From: an uncultured Bacilli bacterium | Lineage (GTDB): Bacteria; Bacillota_I; Bacilli_A; ML615J-28; CAG-313 | Assembly (NCBI GenBank): GCA_949879765.1 | Contig: CATLBQ010000001.1 | Coordinates: 95,742 to 159,741, forward strand | Length of the DNA stretch: 64,000 nt | Direction of reading: 5' to 3' | In this document: positions 49,748-59,912 of the stretch, piece by piece | Position numbering within the stretch: position 1 is the first letter of the stretch | Layout: every line of letters starts with the position of its first letter | Notes under the pieces: model-generated | Seen by the model: only the letters and a program-made list of their open reading frames with translations | Database searches by the model: none | Told to the model about the DNA's origin: nothing | Program-made: the position numbers and the translations under genes

Positions 49748-51460
49748 ATGAAAGCAAGTAAAATGTTGGTTGCAACATTAAAAGAAGCTCCCAATGAGGC
49801 GATTATTTCTAGCCATATTTTATTGATTCGTGCTGGAATGATTCGAAAACTGGTAGCTGGTGTATACAATTATTTGCCACTCGGCCTTCGCGTATTGCAC
49901 AAAATAGAAAATATTATTCGTGAAGAGATGGATGAGGCAGGAGCACTTGAGTTTTTGTCTTCCGCAGTTCAACCCAAGGAATTATGGGTAGAATCAGGAA
50001 GATGGCAAAAATATGGTCCTGAGTTGATGCGTTTTACTGATCGCCACGATCGTGAATTTTGTTTAGGACCTACCCATGAAGAAATTTTTACTGATTTGGT
50101 ACGCAATGAAATCAAATCGCGTAAAAACTTGCCAATCAATTTATATCAAATTCAAACCAAATATCGTGACGAATTAAGACCACGTTTTGGCTTGATGCGA
50201 GGGCGTGAATTCATTATGAAAGACGCTTATTCATTTGATATGACGGTAGAAGGCCTAGATGCATCTTATCAACAAATGTATCAAACATATGAAAAAATAT
50301 TTACACGTTTGGGGATTATATATAAAATCGTATTAGCAGATACAGGTGCTATCGGTGGAACAGGTTCTCATCAATTTATGGCTCTTTCTGATGTGGGAGA
50401 AAGTGATATCATTTATTGTCAACATTGTGGGTATGCGGCTGACCAAGAAAAGGCTGAATCGATAACCCTAGTTAATGAAGATAAAGTAGAAGAAATGATG
50501 GTTGAAAAAGTATATACTCCACACCAAAAGTCAATTGAGGAAATTTCAACGTATTTAGGCGTAGATAAACAGAAGGTTATCAAAAGTATGGTGTATATGA
50601 ACTTAGCTAGCAATCAACCCGTGCTTGTTCTTGTTCGTGGTGACCGAGATGTGAATCCAATCAAAGTGGTGAATCATTTGGGAATTGCCGAACACGAATT
50701 GGTGCTTGCAAGTTATGAACAAATCCTTGAACTTGGTTCTGTTGAAGGATTTGTAGGCCCTATGGGAATCAATTGCCAGATTTTAATTGATGATGAGGTC
50801 ATTCTGATTCAAAATGCAGTAGCAGGAGCAAATGAGAAAGACTATCATATAAAGAATGTCAATTATCCAAGGGATTTTCAAGGTGAAGTCCTTCAACTTC
50901 GTTCTACAGTAGCTGGAGATTTATGTCCTAAATGTCATCAACCCCTTCAAATGGAAAGAGGAATTGAAATTGGCCAAATTTTCAAATTAGGAACCAAGTA
51001 CTCATTGCCAATGGGTTGTACCTATCAAGATGAGCAGGGAAAAAATCAGCCAATGATAATGGGATGTTATGGTATAGGTGTGACAAGAACGATGTCAAGT
51101 ATCATTGAGCAAAATCATGATGAGCATGGTATCATTTGGCCACTGAATGTGGCTCCATATCATGTGGTTGTTGTTCCAATTCAGTATAGTGACCCTGTGA
51201 TGAAAGAAGGTGCCGATTATATTTATAATCAATTGAAAAAGGCCCATATAGAAGTGATCTTGGATGATCGTGATGCCAAACCTGGTTTTAAATTCAAAGA
51301 CTGGGAATTGATCGGTATTCCTTATATGATTACAGTAGGAAGAAAAGCAAGTGAATCCATTTGTGAATTTAAGATTCGTAAATCATTAGAAAAAACCGAG
51401 ATGGGCTATGATGAGGCGATTCGTCAAGTCATTGATGCTGTAGATCAAATGAATCAGTAA
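49748..51460 (+). CDS. proS: Proline--tRNA ligase (bacterial type with INS editing domain)
   Basis: Start at the ATG at 49748 (GGAGG, 8-nt spacer). The N-terminus is LVATLKEAPNEAIISSHILLIRAGMIRKL. Class II motifs and the anticodon-binding domain follow. It is 571 aa from this start. Confidence 0.9.
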   Translation: MKASKMLVATLKEAPNEAIISSHILLIRAGMIRKLVAGVYNYLPLGLRVLHKIENIIREEMDEAGALEFLSSAVQPKELWVESGRWQKYGPELMRFTDRHDREFCLGPTHEEIFTDLVRNEIKSRKNLPINLYQIQTKYRDELRPRFGLMRGREFIMKDAYSFDMTVEGLDASYQQMYQTYEKIFTRLGIIYKIVLADTGAIGGTGSHQFMALSDVGESDIIYCQHCGYAADQEKAESITLVNEDKVEEMMVEKVYTPHQKSIEEISTYLGVDKQKVIKSMVYMNLASNQPVLVLVRGDRDVNPIKVVNHLGIAEHELVLASYEQILELGSVEGFVGPMGINCQILIDDEVILIQNAVAGANEKDYHIKNVNYPRDFQGEVLQLRSTVAGDLCPKCHQPLQMERGIEIGQIFKLGTKYSLPMGCTYQDEQGKNQPMIMGCYGIGVTRTMSSIIEQNHDEHGIIWPLNVAPYHVVVVPIQYSDPVMKEGADYIYNQLKKAHIEVILDDRDAKPGFKFKDWELIGIPYMITVGRKASESICEFKIRKSLEKTEMGYDEAIRQVIDAVDQMNQ

Positions 51461-51480
51461 TAATTTAGTAATAGACATTA

Positions 51481-51516
51481 AAACTGGTATTTGAATTGAT
51501 TCATACCAGTTTTTTA
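51481..51516 (+). terminator. Rho-independent terminator after proS
   Basis: 10-bp stem AAACTGGTAT / ATACCAGTTT followed by a T5 run. Confidence 0.8.
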
Positions 51517-51682
51517 ATATATATGTATTTCCATAAATATGTATAGATTTCTAATGTGTATTGTATAAAAGGAAAAATATTGTACATACTATAATCAAGA
51601 GCAGTGTATTATAGCGATTGAATGAATAGTGAATAGGTAAATCAAGTTTTCGAGCGCGCAGAGCGCTTTTTTATTTAACAAT

Positions 51683-51711
51683 TTGACATTTTTTCTCTTT
51701 TTTGGTAAAAT
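51683..51711 (+). promoter_or_regulatory. Candidate promoter of marR-plsY2-glycosyltransferase (TTGACA, 17 nt spacer, TAAAAT)
   Basis: TTGACA at 51683-51688, then a 17-nt spacer, then TAAAAT. Confidence 0.4.
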
Positions 51712-51740
51712 ATCTTCTAGTGAAAGGTAATGGTGAGCAA

Positions 51741-52154
51741 ATGAAAAATAATGAACTTGTCCACAAATTAATCTATCTATTGAAGAAAAAAAATCACCCT
51801 TTATCAGAGATGCAACATTTTGATCAAGGTGAAAATGGAATTCTTCAAACCCTTTATGTGTATGAGCAAAATAAAGAAAAAGAATTAACGCCAAGTGAAC
51901 TATCCAAGATTCAACAACTATCTAGTGGCAGAATTGCTACTACTTTAAAAACCCTAGAAAAAAAGCAATTGATTGAACGTACGACGGATGGAGAAGACAA
52001 ACGCCGAAGCATTGTCCAATTGACTAAAAAGGGAAGAGAAGTCGCGGAAAAAATCATCAAAATTACATTGCAAAAATTTGAGAATATTGTAGAAAAATTG
52101 GGCGAACAAGACGCGCTAGAATTCATTCGGATTCTCAAAAGACTAGCAGAATAG
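51741..52154 (+). CDS. MarR family transcriptional regulator
   Basis: The winged-helix region reads ELTPSELSKIQQLSSGRIATTLKTLEKKQLIERTTDGEDKRRSIVQLTKKGREVAEKI. The start was chosen at the ATG at 51741. Confidence 0.75.
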   Translation: MKNNELVHKLIYLLKKKNHPLSEMQHFDQGENGILQTLYVYEQNKEKELTPSELSKIQQLSSGRIATTLKTLEKKQLIERTTDGEDKRRSIVQLTKKGREVAEKIIKITLQKFENIVEKLGEQDALEFIRILKRLAE

Positions 52155-52162
52155 GAGTGCAT

Positions 52163-52801
52163 ATGATAGATTTTGTATTCAATAATCGATATATGAGTTG
52201 TCTTTTTTTCTGCATCATCGGATATTTATGTGGAAGTGTTATGTTTGCCTATTGGATTCCAAAATGGATAAAGCATATCGATACAATTCAAGAAACTGAT
52301 GATGGGAATCCTGGTGCAACCAATGCTTTTAAAAATGCAGGTATCCACTGTGGAATGCTCTGCTTGCTACTTGATATGGCAAAAGGCGCTTTTCCCGTCT
52401 ATTTATCTCGTTATTTTGTGGAAGAAAGCTGGATAGGTTTTAGTTTGATTATGATATGTCCGCTGATTGGACATGCCTTTCCTCTGTATCAAAAATTTCA
52501 TCATGGCGGCAAATGTATTGCGACAAGTTTTGGTGTTTTGATTGGGCTTTTTCCGGATTTAAAACTTGGCTTTTCTTTGGCCATTTGGTATATTCTGTTT
52601 TCAACGCTCATCATCATTCAACCCCATGCCTTACGCACCATTGTTACTTACGGCGGTTTTATCATAACCAGTTTTTTCTTTACAACCAATTGGTTTATCC
52701 TAATTGGTTGTGCTTGCATGGCAATTATTGTGGTTTGTAGACATTTGAAATCTTTAAAAGAAAGTGAGGAAAGAAAAATCCAATGGGTTTTTCGACAATA
52801 A
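52163..52801 (+). CDS. Second, divergent PlsY-family acyltransferase paralog
   Basis: About 212 aa with a GGAG RBS. It has DDGNPGATNAFKNAGIHCGMLCLLLDMAKGAFPVYL (the GNxGATN signature) and multiple TM segments. Confidence 0.65.
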   Translation: MIDFVFNNRYMSCLFFCIIGYLCGSVMFAYWIPKWIKHIDTIQETDDGNPGATNAFKNAGIHCGMLCLLLDMAKGAFPVYLSRYFVEESWIGFSLIMICPLIGHAFPLYQKFHHGGKCIATSFGVLIGLFPDLKLGFSLAIWYILFSTLIIIQPHALRTIVTYGGFIITSFFFTTNWFILIGCACMAIIVVCRHLKSLKESEERKIQWVFRQ

Positions 52802-52804
52802 ATC

Positions 52805-53929
52805 ATGAATATATTATTACTATCTTGTAAAACAGGGGGTGGTCATGATGCTTGTGCAAATGCCTTGAAAGAGCAATTTGAACAAATGGGACATTCCGCC
52901 TTTGTATTCGACTATTTGCAATTAGCAGGTGAGAAGGTCGCCAAACGGGTGGCGAATACATATGTAAAAACAGTTCAAAGAGCACCTAAATTATTTGGGG
53001 CTGTCTATCGGATAGGGATGTTTGTAAGCAAACACTCAGAGCATTCACCCATTTATTTGGCAAATAAAAAGATGGCCAAATACTTAGAGCCATATTTGAA
53101 AGCGCATGATTATGATGCTATTGTAATGACCCATCTTTTTCCAGCTGAGACGCTAACCTATATGAAACGCACAGGCATAACATTACCTCCTCATATTATG
53201 GTGATGACTGATTATACCTGCATTCCTTTTTTGGAAGAGACAGATTGTGATGCCTACATTGTCCCCCATCCTGCACTTCAAGAGGAGTGTATTGCTAGGG
53301 GGATGGATAAAGAAAAATTACACCCTTTTGGTATTCCATTTAGCCCCAAAATTTTAACACATTTGACCAAAGAAGAAGCAAGGCAGAAATTACAATTGCC
53401 ACTAGAGCAATCAGTCACTTTGCTGGTTGGAGGAAGCATGGGAGCTGGTAATTTGACTAAACTGGTGAAAAATTTTTCAAAGCATCCTCAAGCTACCCAT
53501 GTGCAATTGGTGGTGATTTGTGGGAACAATCAGAAAGTCTATCGTAAATTATCAAAAATTTGTTTGGCAGATTCACGTTTTATTTTATTGAAACATACGA
53601 ATGAAATGCCTTTATATATGAAAGCGGCTGATATGATTTATACAAAACCTGGTGGTCTAACCACAACAGAAGCCGCAGCTACTCGAATTCCTCTTGTACA
53701 TACATTTCCTATACCTGGATGTGAAAATGCCAATTTAACCTTTTTCAATACACTAGGTATGTCGGTCTCTGCTCCTGATGCAGAAGGATTGGTGGATGTA
53801 GGATTATCGCTTCTTGAATCTGAAGTGGAACAAGAACGGATGAGAAGAGCACAAGAGACAAATGTTTCTCGTAAGACTACGCAAGATGTTGCAGAATTTA
53901 TACTTTCAATGGTACAAAAAAGCAAGTAG
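52805..53929 (+). CDS. Diacylglycerol glycosyltransferase (MGDG-synthase-like/UgtP-type processive glycolipid synthase)
   Basis: The N-terminus reads MNILLLSCKTGGGHDACANALKEQFEQMGH (MGDG_synth domain). The C-terminal half is a GT-B glycosyltransferase (KPGGLTTTEAAATRIPLV). Confidence 0.7.
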   Translation: MNILLLSCKTGGGHDACANALKEQFEQMGHSAFVFDYLQLAGEKVAKRVANTYVKTVQRAPKLFGAVYRIGMFVSKHSEHSPIYLANKKMAKYLEPYLKAHDYDAIVMTHLFPAETLTYMKRTGITLPPHIMVMTDYTCIPFLEETDCDAYIVPHPALQEECIARGMDKEKLHPFGIPFSPKILTHLTKEEARQKLQLPLEQSVTLLVGGSMGAGNLTKLVKNFSKHPQATHVQLVVICGNNQKVYRKLSKICLADSRFILLKHTNEMPLYMKAADMIYTKPGGLTTTEAAATRIPLVHTFPIPGCENANLTFFNTLGMSVSAPDAEGLVDVGLSLLESEVEQERMRRAQETNVSRKTTQDVAEFILSMVQKSK

Positions 53930-53933
53930 ATTT

Positions 53934-54452
53934 CTACTTGCTTTCATTTTTAAATAGACGAAATTGTCCTTCATCAATCAAACGAGCCCCATATACATCG
54001 GTGGTAGGTTTAACAAAAACAATCTCAGATTCATTGATATATTTGACAATTTTTTTGGGTTTAGGGGAAAGAATGACGATTTTTTGAACTGTAGGTGCAA
54101 CATCTGCTTTCATAAAGTCAACCATTTCTGTTAGGTATCTCTTTTTGGGTTGGACTTTTCCTGGCGCACTTCCTGCACCATATTTCACTTCCCAAGTGGT
54201 TCTATTGTTGATTTGTACTTCAGAAAAAGGTGGCAAAATTAGAAATTTAATATAATAGATAGAACTTTGTATTTCCAAATAAAAATCATAGAATTGCTGA
54301 TTCCCTTCATGAAGAGAATAGGCCAAATTTGACTTATTAAGATATTCGATGAAAGTCGATATGGCTTTTTTTCTTTTGATTTTAGGCAAGAAATTGCTCC
54401 ATACAAGTCCAATTATTAGGCATAAAATGATAAAAATAATAAGAATTGGCAT
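53934..54452 (-). CDS. Membrane-anchored NERD-like domain protein (hypothetical)
   Basis: 173-aa CDS from MPILIIF with an AGGAGG RBS at a 7-nt spacer. It has an N-terminal TM. The YYIKFLILPPFSEVQINNRTTWEVKYG and GKVQPKKRYLTEMVDFMKA segments are compatible with NERD, but the assignment is tentative. Confidence 0.35.
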   Translation of the reverse strand: MPILIIFIILCLIIGLVWSNFLPKIKRKKAISTFIEYLNKSNLAYSLHEGNQQFYDFYLEIQSSIYYIKFLILPPFSEVQINNRTTWEVKYGAGSAPGKVQPKKRYLTEMVDFMKADVAPTVQKIVILSPKPKKIVKYINESEIVFVKPTTDVYGARLIDEGQFRLFKNESK

Positions 54453-54566
54453 ATTTTTCCTCCTTTTAAAACATAACACTTTTGACATCTTTTTTCAAGT
54501 CAAATACGTTACTTTTTTTGCAAAATTTGATGAAAGTTGAAATAAATATTTTCATTAGTTAATTGG

Positions 54567-54595
54567 TTGAAAGGGAATTCATTTTGTAATATAAT
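54567..54595 (+). promoter_or_regulatory. Sigma-A promoter of nrdDG (TTGAAA, 17 nt spacer, TATAAT)
   Basis: TTGAAA at 54567-54572 and TATAAT at 54590-54595. Confidence 0.6.
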
Positions 54596-54637
54596 TGTGA
54601 ACAGTTTGAAAAAAAATATTTGCAGGAGGAAAGATGT

Positions 54638-56962
54638 ATGGTAAAAAAAATTATCAAAAGAGATGGAAGAAAAAGGGTATTTGACTCAAAGAAAATTGAG
54701 AATGCGGTATATAAAGCCCAACTTGCTTGTGGACAAGATGACCCTGCCCTTGTAGCCACTGTTACAGAAAAGGTTATTGCTGAAATCAATGCACAATATG
54801 AAAATTATATTTCGGTTGAGAATGTTCAAAATATTATTGAAAATGTATTGATTGAAATGGGGGAAGTCGAAGTTGCAAAGACCTACATCAAATATCGTGC
54901 TGAACGAACGAAAGTAAGAGAAAGAAAAACCCATTTGATGCAGTCGCTTCATGATATTACATTTAAAGATTCGAAAGATGAAGATGCAAAGCGTGAAAAT
55001 GCAAATATCAATGCAGATACACCTATGGGGATGATGTTAAAATACGGTAGTGAATCTGCTAAACAATTTTATTTAAATGATTTAATTAAACCAGAATTTG
55101 CCACTGCTCATATCAACGGAGATATTCATATTCATGATCTTGACTTCTATGCTCTTACCATGACTTGCTGCCAAATTGATCTTGTAAAACTATTTAAAGG
55201 TGGTTTTTCAACAGGAGATGGATTTTTACGTGAACCCAATGGAATTAGGAGTTATTCATCGCTAGCTTGCATTGCCATTCAAGCCAACCAAAATGATCAA
55301 CATGGTGGTCAAAGTATTCCCAATTTTGATTATGCTATGGCACTTGGTGTTCGTAAAACATACAAGAAAGAATTGAGAAAAGCAATTGCTAATATGCTTC
55401 GCTATGGTGGACAACCTGTTAGTCAAGATGAAATGAAATTGTTGTTTTCTCAAATTGAAGTTGATAAGCAAAACGAAATTCGGATGAATGATGAAAAAAT
55501 GACTGAGGCAGTTTATACTGCAGTCAATGGAAAATATGGACCAATTAGTGGACAACAATTTGACATTGCTCTTCGCATTGCTATGGATGCTACAGAAGAT
55601 GCAACATATCAAGCAATGGAAGCCTTGATTCACAATCTCAATACTATGCATTCTCGTGCAGGTGCTCAAGTTCCTTTTAGTTCATTGAATTATGGTACAG
55701 ATACATCAGATGAAGGCCGAATGGTTATGCACTGTCTATTAAATGCAACGATGAAGGGGCTAGGCAATGGAGAAACACCCATTTTCCCTATTCAGATTTT
55801 TAAAGTCAAAGAAGGTATTAACTATAATCCAGAAGATCCTAACTATGATTTATTTAAAAAATCAATGTTGTGTTCAGGCAAACGCCTATTCCCTAATTTC
55901 TCTTTTATTGATGCACCTTTTAACTTACAATATTATCACGCAGGCGATTATCAAACTGAGGCTGCTTATATGGGATGTCGTACGAGGGTTATCGGTAATA
56001 CCTATGATCCAACACGTGAAATCGTGACTGGACGTGGAAATCTTAGTTTTACATCTATCAACTTACCAAGAATTGCTTTAAAACTCATGAAAATAAAGCA
56101 TACGGATGAACGAATTAGCAAATTTTATGAGCAATTAGATAAATTGATTGATTTATGTGTAGCCCAATTACTAGAGCGTTTCGAAATTCAACAAAACAAA
56201 CAAGTGTATAATTTTCCATTTCTAATGGGTCAAGGTATTTGGTTAGATAGTGATCAATTGAAGATGGAAGATAAATTGACTGAAATTTTGAAACATGGTA
56301 CGTTGACAGTTGGGTTTATAGGTTTAGCTGAAACTTTAAAGGCTTTAATTGGTGTACACCATGGGGAAAGTGAAGAAGCTCAACAATTGGGTCTAGATAT
56401 TATTGGTTATATGCGCGAGAAGATGGATAAATACTCAAAGAAATATAAATTGAATTTTTCATTAATTGCTACTCCTGCAGAAGGATTATCGGGAAGATTT
56501 GTCAAAATGGATAGAGCCTTGTTTGGCGAAATTGAGGGAATTACCAATCATAAATTCTACACAAATTCCTTCCATATCCCCGTATATTACCCTATTTCTG
56601 TGTTTGAAAAAATCAAAAAAGAAGCACCTTATCATGCTTTAACTAATGGTGGTCATATTTCATATATTGAAGTAGACGGCGATATTGCAAAAAATCTAGA
56701 TGCATTTGAATCCATAGTTCGGGCAATGAAGGAAGAAGGTATTGGATACGGAGCAGTCAATCATCCTGTTGATCGAGATAGTGTTTGTGGTTACAATGGG
56801 ATTATTGATAATGTTTGTCCTGGATGTGGCAGAACCGAAGATGATGTACCATTTGAGCGAATTAGAAGAATTACGGGCTATTTAGTAGGAACATTGGATC
56901 GTTTTAATGATGCAAAACGTGATGAAGTCGAAAATCGCGTGAAACATATGAAAACGAATTAA
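54638..56962 (+). CDS. nrdD: Anaerobic ribonucleoside-triphosphate reductase (class III RNR)
   Basis: Start at the ATG at 54638 (GGAGG RBS). The ATP-cone is VKKIIKRDGRKRVFDSKKIENAVYKA. The C-terminal Zn/Cys cluster is CGYNGIIDNVCPGCG and the glycyl-radical motif is RITGYL. Confidence 0.9.
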   Translation: MVKKIIKRDGRKRVFDSKKIENAVYKAQLACGQDDPALVATVTEKVIAEINAQYENYISVENVQNIIENVLIEMGEVEVAKTYIKYRAERTKVRERKTHLMQSLHDITFKDSKDEDAKRENANINADTPMGMMLKYGSESAKQFYLNDLIKPEFATAHINGDIHIHDLDFYALTMTCCQIDLVKLFKGGFSTGDGFLREPNGIRSYSSLACIAIQANQNDQHGGQSIPNFDYAMALGVRKTYKKELRKAIANMLRYGGQPVSQDEMKLLFSQIEVDKQNEIRMNDEKMTEAVYTAVNGKYGPISGQQFDIALRIAMDATEDATYQAMEALIHNLNTMHSRAGAQVPFSSLNYGTDTSDEGRMVMHCLLNATMKGLGNGETPIFPIQIFKVKEGINYNPEDPNYDLFKKSMLCSGKRLFPNFSFIDAPFNLQYYHAGDYQTEAAYMGCRTRVIGNTYDPTREIVTGRGNLSFTSINLPRIALKLMKIKHTDERISKFYEQLDKLIDLCVAQLLERFEIQQNKQVYNFPFLMGQGIWLDSDQLKMEDKLTEILKHGTLTVGFIGLAETLKALIGVHHGESEEAQQLGLDIIGYMREKMDKYSKKYKLNFSLIATPAEGLSGRFVKMDRALFGEIEGITNHKFYTNSFHIPVYYPISVFEKIKKEAPYHALTNGGHISYIEVDGDIAKNLDAFESIVRAMKEEGIGYGAVNHPVDRDSVCGYNGIIDNVCPGCGRTEDDVPFERIRRITGYLVGTLDRFNDAKRDEVENRVKHMKTN

Positions 56963-56976
56963 GAAAGTGGGATTCT

Positions 56977-57480
56977 ATGCAGATTCGGATAGCTGGAGAA
57001 ATTGAGGAATCGATTGTCGATGGGCCTGGAATTCGTTATGTTATTTTCACACAAGGATGCCCCCATCATTGCAAAGGATGTCATAATCCTGAAACACACG
57101 ACTTTAATCAAGGGACTTTAGTTGATGTTGATACCCTCATGGAAAAGATGAAAAAATATCCGTACATGACGGGATTGACCATTAGCGGTGGCGAACCATT
57201 TGCTCAACCGATTGCTGTACTCGAATTGATTCGTTCATATCAAGCCCTATATCCTCGAAAAAATGTATTATTATTTACGGGATATACTTATGAAGAACTA
57301 TGTGCTTTGCATCAAATAGAAATTGATGAAATTTTATCGCTTGCTAATTATTTAATTGATGGACGGTTTATTTTGGATAAACGAGATATTTCACTGGTTT
57401 ACCGGGGAAGTACCAATCAACGAATTATTGATTTACAGGCGACAAAAGTCAAAGGAGACATTGTTGAAAAATGTTTTTAA
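56977..57480 (+). CDS. nrdG: Anaerobic RNR activating protein (radical SAM)
   Basis: 167 aa with GCPHHCKGCHNPETH, a CxxxCxxC-type radical SAM motif in the NrdG arrangement. Confidence 0.85.
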   Translation: MQIRIAGEIEESIVDGPGIRYVIFTQGCPHHCKGCHNPETHDFNQGTLVDVDTLMEKMKKYPYMTGLTISGGEPFAQPIAVLELIRSYQALYPRKNVLLFTGYTYEELCALHQIEIDEILSLANYLIDGRFILDKRDISLVYRGSTNQRIIDLQATKVKGDIVEKCF

Positions 57481-57570
57481 ACATAAAAAAGGTGATAAAT
57501 TTATTTTATCGCCTTTTTATTTGACGTTCCCGAATGATAAAAATTTCATAAATTAATATGGGGTGAAAAT

Positions 57571-57906
57571 ATGAAGATAGTCGTAGGAAGTATGTCTACC
57601 AAATTACAAGAATTTCTTCGCAAATATCAATTCAATTCAAGAGTTACAGTTATTCATAAAATGTGTAATGTGAAATTAATTAAAGAACCATCTGATGTGA
57701 TTATTCCATTTGGTGTAATCAATGAATATGGTCTAGTATCGAATACACAAGTCCATCTAGAAGAATTATTGATGAGCGTTGATGTGAAAAAAATTATTTA
57801 TGGCAATATTGCAGCAAAAAACAAAATAGAAGAAATCGCAAATCGTCATCAGGTAGAAACTGTATATATGGATTTTCGTACATTAGATCGTACAGTGAAA
57901 TTATAA
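57571..57906 (+). CDS. Hypothetical protein (111 aa)
   Basis: ORF with a GGGGTG-like RBS (aatatggggtgaaaatATG) and no recognised motifs. Confidence 0.35.
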   Translation: MKIVVGSMSTKLQEFLRKYQFNSRVTVIHKMCNVKLIKEPSDVIIPFGVINEYGLVSNTQVHLEELLMSVDVKKIIYGNIAAKNKIEEIANRHQVETVYMDFRTLDRTVKL

Positions 57907-57915
57907 TTCATTTGC

Positions 57916-57944
57916 TTGAAAAAAAATGAAAATTCTTGTATAAT
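57916..57944 (+). promoter_or_regulatory. Sigma-A promoter of lepA (TTGAAA, 17 nt spacer, TATAAT)
   Basis: TTGAAA at 57916-57921 and TATAAT at 57939-57944. The leader to the lepA start is about 100 nt. Confidence 0.55.
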
Positions 57945-58051
57945 GAAAAAAGTAAAAATGTGAAAATATCCCTCGTATCAGCGAATGAAATATTTTTTTG
58001 AGGGGAATAATCAATTGAAACGCTAAAAAATGATGAAAGAGGAAGAATACA

Positions 58052-59887
58052 ATGGCCGTGCCAAGCAAAACAGAATTACTAGAAAGACAGAAAAAAATTC
58101 GTAATTTTTCAATTATAGCCCATATTGACCATGGAAAAAGTACTCTTGCCGATCGAATTCTTGAAAAAACAAAGACAGTTGATGTACGGGAAATGAAAGA
58201 ACAACTGCTTGATTCGATGGATTTAGAAAGAGAACGGGGAATTACTATTAAACTTAATGCCGTAGAACTGAATTATTTGGCAAAAGATGGTCAAGAATAT
58301 ATTTTTCATTTGATTGACACACCAGGACATGTCGATTTTACATACGAAGTATCCCGTAGTTTAGCCGCATGCGAAGGTGCTGTTTTGGTGGTGGATGCCG
58401 CCCAAGGGATTGAAGCACAAACGCTTGCGAATGTCTATCTTGCTGTAGATAATGATTTAGAAATTATCACTTTAATCAATAAAATAGATTTACCTGCGGC
58501 CGATCCTGAGCGAGTGAAAAAAGAGGTAGAAGATGTGATTGGATTAGATGCATCAGATGCCATTTTAGCAAGCGCAAAAGAAGGAATTGGCGTAGACGAT
58601 TTATTAGAACGGATTGTGGAAACCATACCTGCTCCTAGTGGCGATCCTGATGCTGCTGTTCAAGCATTGATTTTTGACTCTTATTATGATGCTTATCGAG
58701 GTGTTATTCCTTCGATTCGAATCATCAGTGGTACCATTCAAAAAGGGGATAAAATCAAGATGATGGCCACTGGTGCTGTGTATGAAGTTGTTGAACTAGG
58801 TGTGAATACGCCTAAGGAAAAAAAGCGTGATTATCTTACAGCGGGTGATGTAGGATGGGTTGCCGCAAGCATTAAGGAAGTTCAAACCGTGCATGTTGGT
58901 GATACTATCACTACACTAGAACACTGTTCAAACACACCACTTCCAGGATATCGACGAATGAATTCAATGGTGTATTGTGGACTATATCCGATTGAACCCA
59001 ATAAATATGAAGAACTGAAAGAAGCACTTGAAAAACTGCGGTTAAATGATGCAGCTCTTGTCTTTGAACCTGAAACTTCTCAAGCCCTTGGCTTTGGATT
59101 TCGAACAGGTTTTTTAGGATTACTCCATATGGATGTCATTCAGGAACGAATTGAACGTGAATTCAAGATTGACTTAATTGCGACTGCACCTAGTGTAGAA
59201 TATCATGTCCATCTCACCAATGGTCAACAAATTACCGTAGATAATCCTAGTGAAATGCCAGATTTTACGCAAATCAAGAAAATTGAAGAACCATATGTAA
59301 AAGCTACCATTATGGTGCCTAATGAATATGTTGGTGCCATTATGGAACTTTGCCAAAATAAGCGAGGTACTTTCGTTGATATGACTTATATTGAGGAAAC
59401 CCGTGTTTCTATTCATTATGATGTGCCTTTATCGGAAATTGTTTATGATTTCTTCGATCGATTAAAATCGTCGACCAAAGGTTATGCCTCTTTGGATTAT
59501 GAATTATCCGATTATCGAGAATCTAAACTCGTGAAAATGGATATCTTGTTGAATGGTGAAAAAGTAGATGCACTCAGTACCATTGTGCATAAAGACTTTG
59601 CATATCCTAGAGGACGCTCTCTTGTTCAAAAATTACGAGGCTTAATTCCTCGTCAACAATTTGAAATCCCTGTTCAAGCTGCTGTAGGCGGAAAAATTAT
59701 TGCCAGAGAAAATGTGGCGGCACTACGTAAAGATGTTTTGGCCAAATGTTATGGCGGTGACGTCAGTCGTAAGAAAAAACTTTTAGAAAAGCAAAAAGAG
59801 GGTAAAAAACGAATGAAACAAGTTGGAAGCGTCGAGATTCCTCAAGAGGCTTTCTTAGCTGTATTGAAATTAGATGATGATAACTAA
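58052..59887 (+). CDS. lepA: Elongation factor 4 (LepA)
   Basis: 611 aa with [28 protein letters not shown] and the LepA-specific C-terminal domain. Confidence 0.95.
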   Translation: MAVPSKTELLERQKKIRNFSIIAHIDHGKSTLADRILEKTKTVDVREMKEQLLDSMDLERERGITIKLNAVELNYLAKDGQEYIFHLIDTPGHVDFTYEVSRSLAACEGAVLVVDAAQGIEAQTLANVYLAVDNDLEIITLINKIDLPAADPERVKKEVEDVIGLDASDAILASAKEGIGVDDLLERIVETIPAPSGDPDAAVQALIFDSYYDAYRGVIPSIRIISGTIQKGDKIKMMATGAVYEVVELGVNTPKEKKRDYLTAGDVGWVAASIKEVQTVHVGDTITTLEHCSNTPLPGYRRMNSMVYCGLYPIEPNKYEELKEALEKLRLNDAALVFEPETSQALGFGFRTGFLGLLHMDVIQERIEREFKIDLIATAPSVEYHVHLTNGQQITVDNPSEMPDFTQIKKIEEPYVKATIMVPNEYVGAIMELCQNKRGTFVDMTYIEETRVSIHYDVPLSEIVYDFFDRLKSSTKGYASLDYELSDYRESKLVKMDILLNGEKVDALSTIVHKDFAYPRGRSLVQKLRGLIPRQQFEIPVQAAVGGKIIARENVAALRKDVLAKCYGGDVSRKKKLLEKQKEGKKRMKQVGSVEIPQEAFLAVLKLDDDN

Positions 59888-59912
59888 GCGATAATTTTTA
59901 TCGCTTTTTTTT
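59887..59912 (+). terminator. Rho-independent terminator after lepA
   Basis: AGCGATAA ttt TTATCGCT followed by a T8 run. Confidence 0.8.

Noticed and set aside
51595-51894. 99-aa minus-strand ORF
   Set aside because: It overlaps the marR promoter and 5' coding region, has no RBS, and has AT-rich skewed composition. It is likely spurious.
54489-54637. NrdR box upstream of nrdD
   Set aside because: I found no convincing 16-bp NrdR palindrome (acaCwAtATaTwGtgt). Only an ordinary sigma-A promoter is evident.
57965-58010. Hairpin in the lepA leader (TCCCTC...GAGGG)
   Set aside because: The stem is only 5 bp with a loop of about 27 nt, which is too weak to call a regulatory structure.
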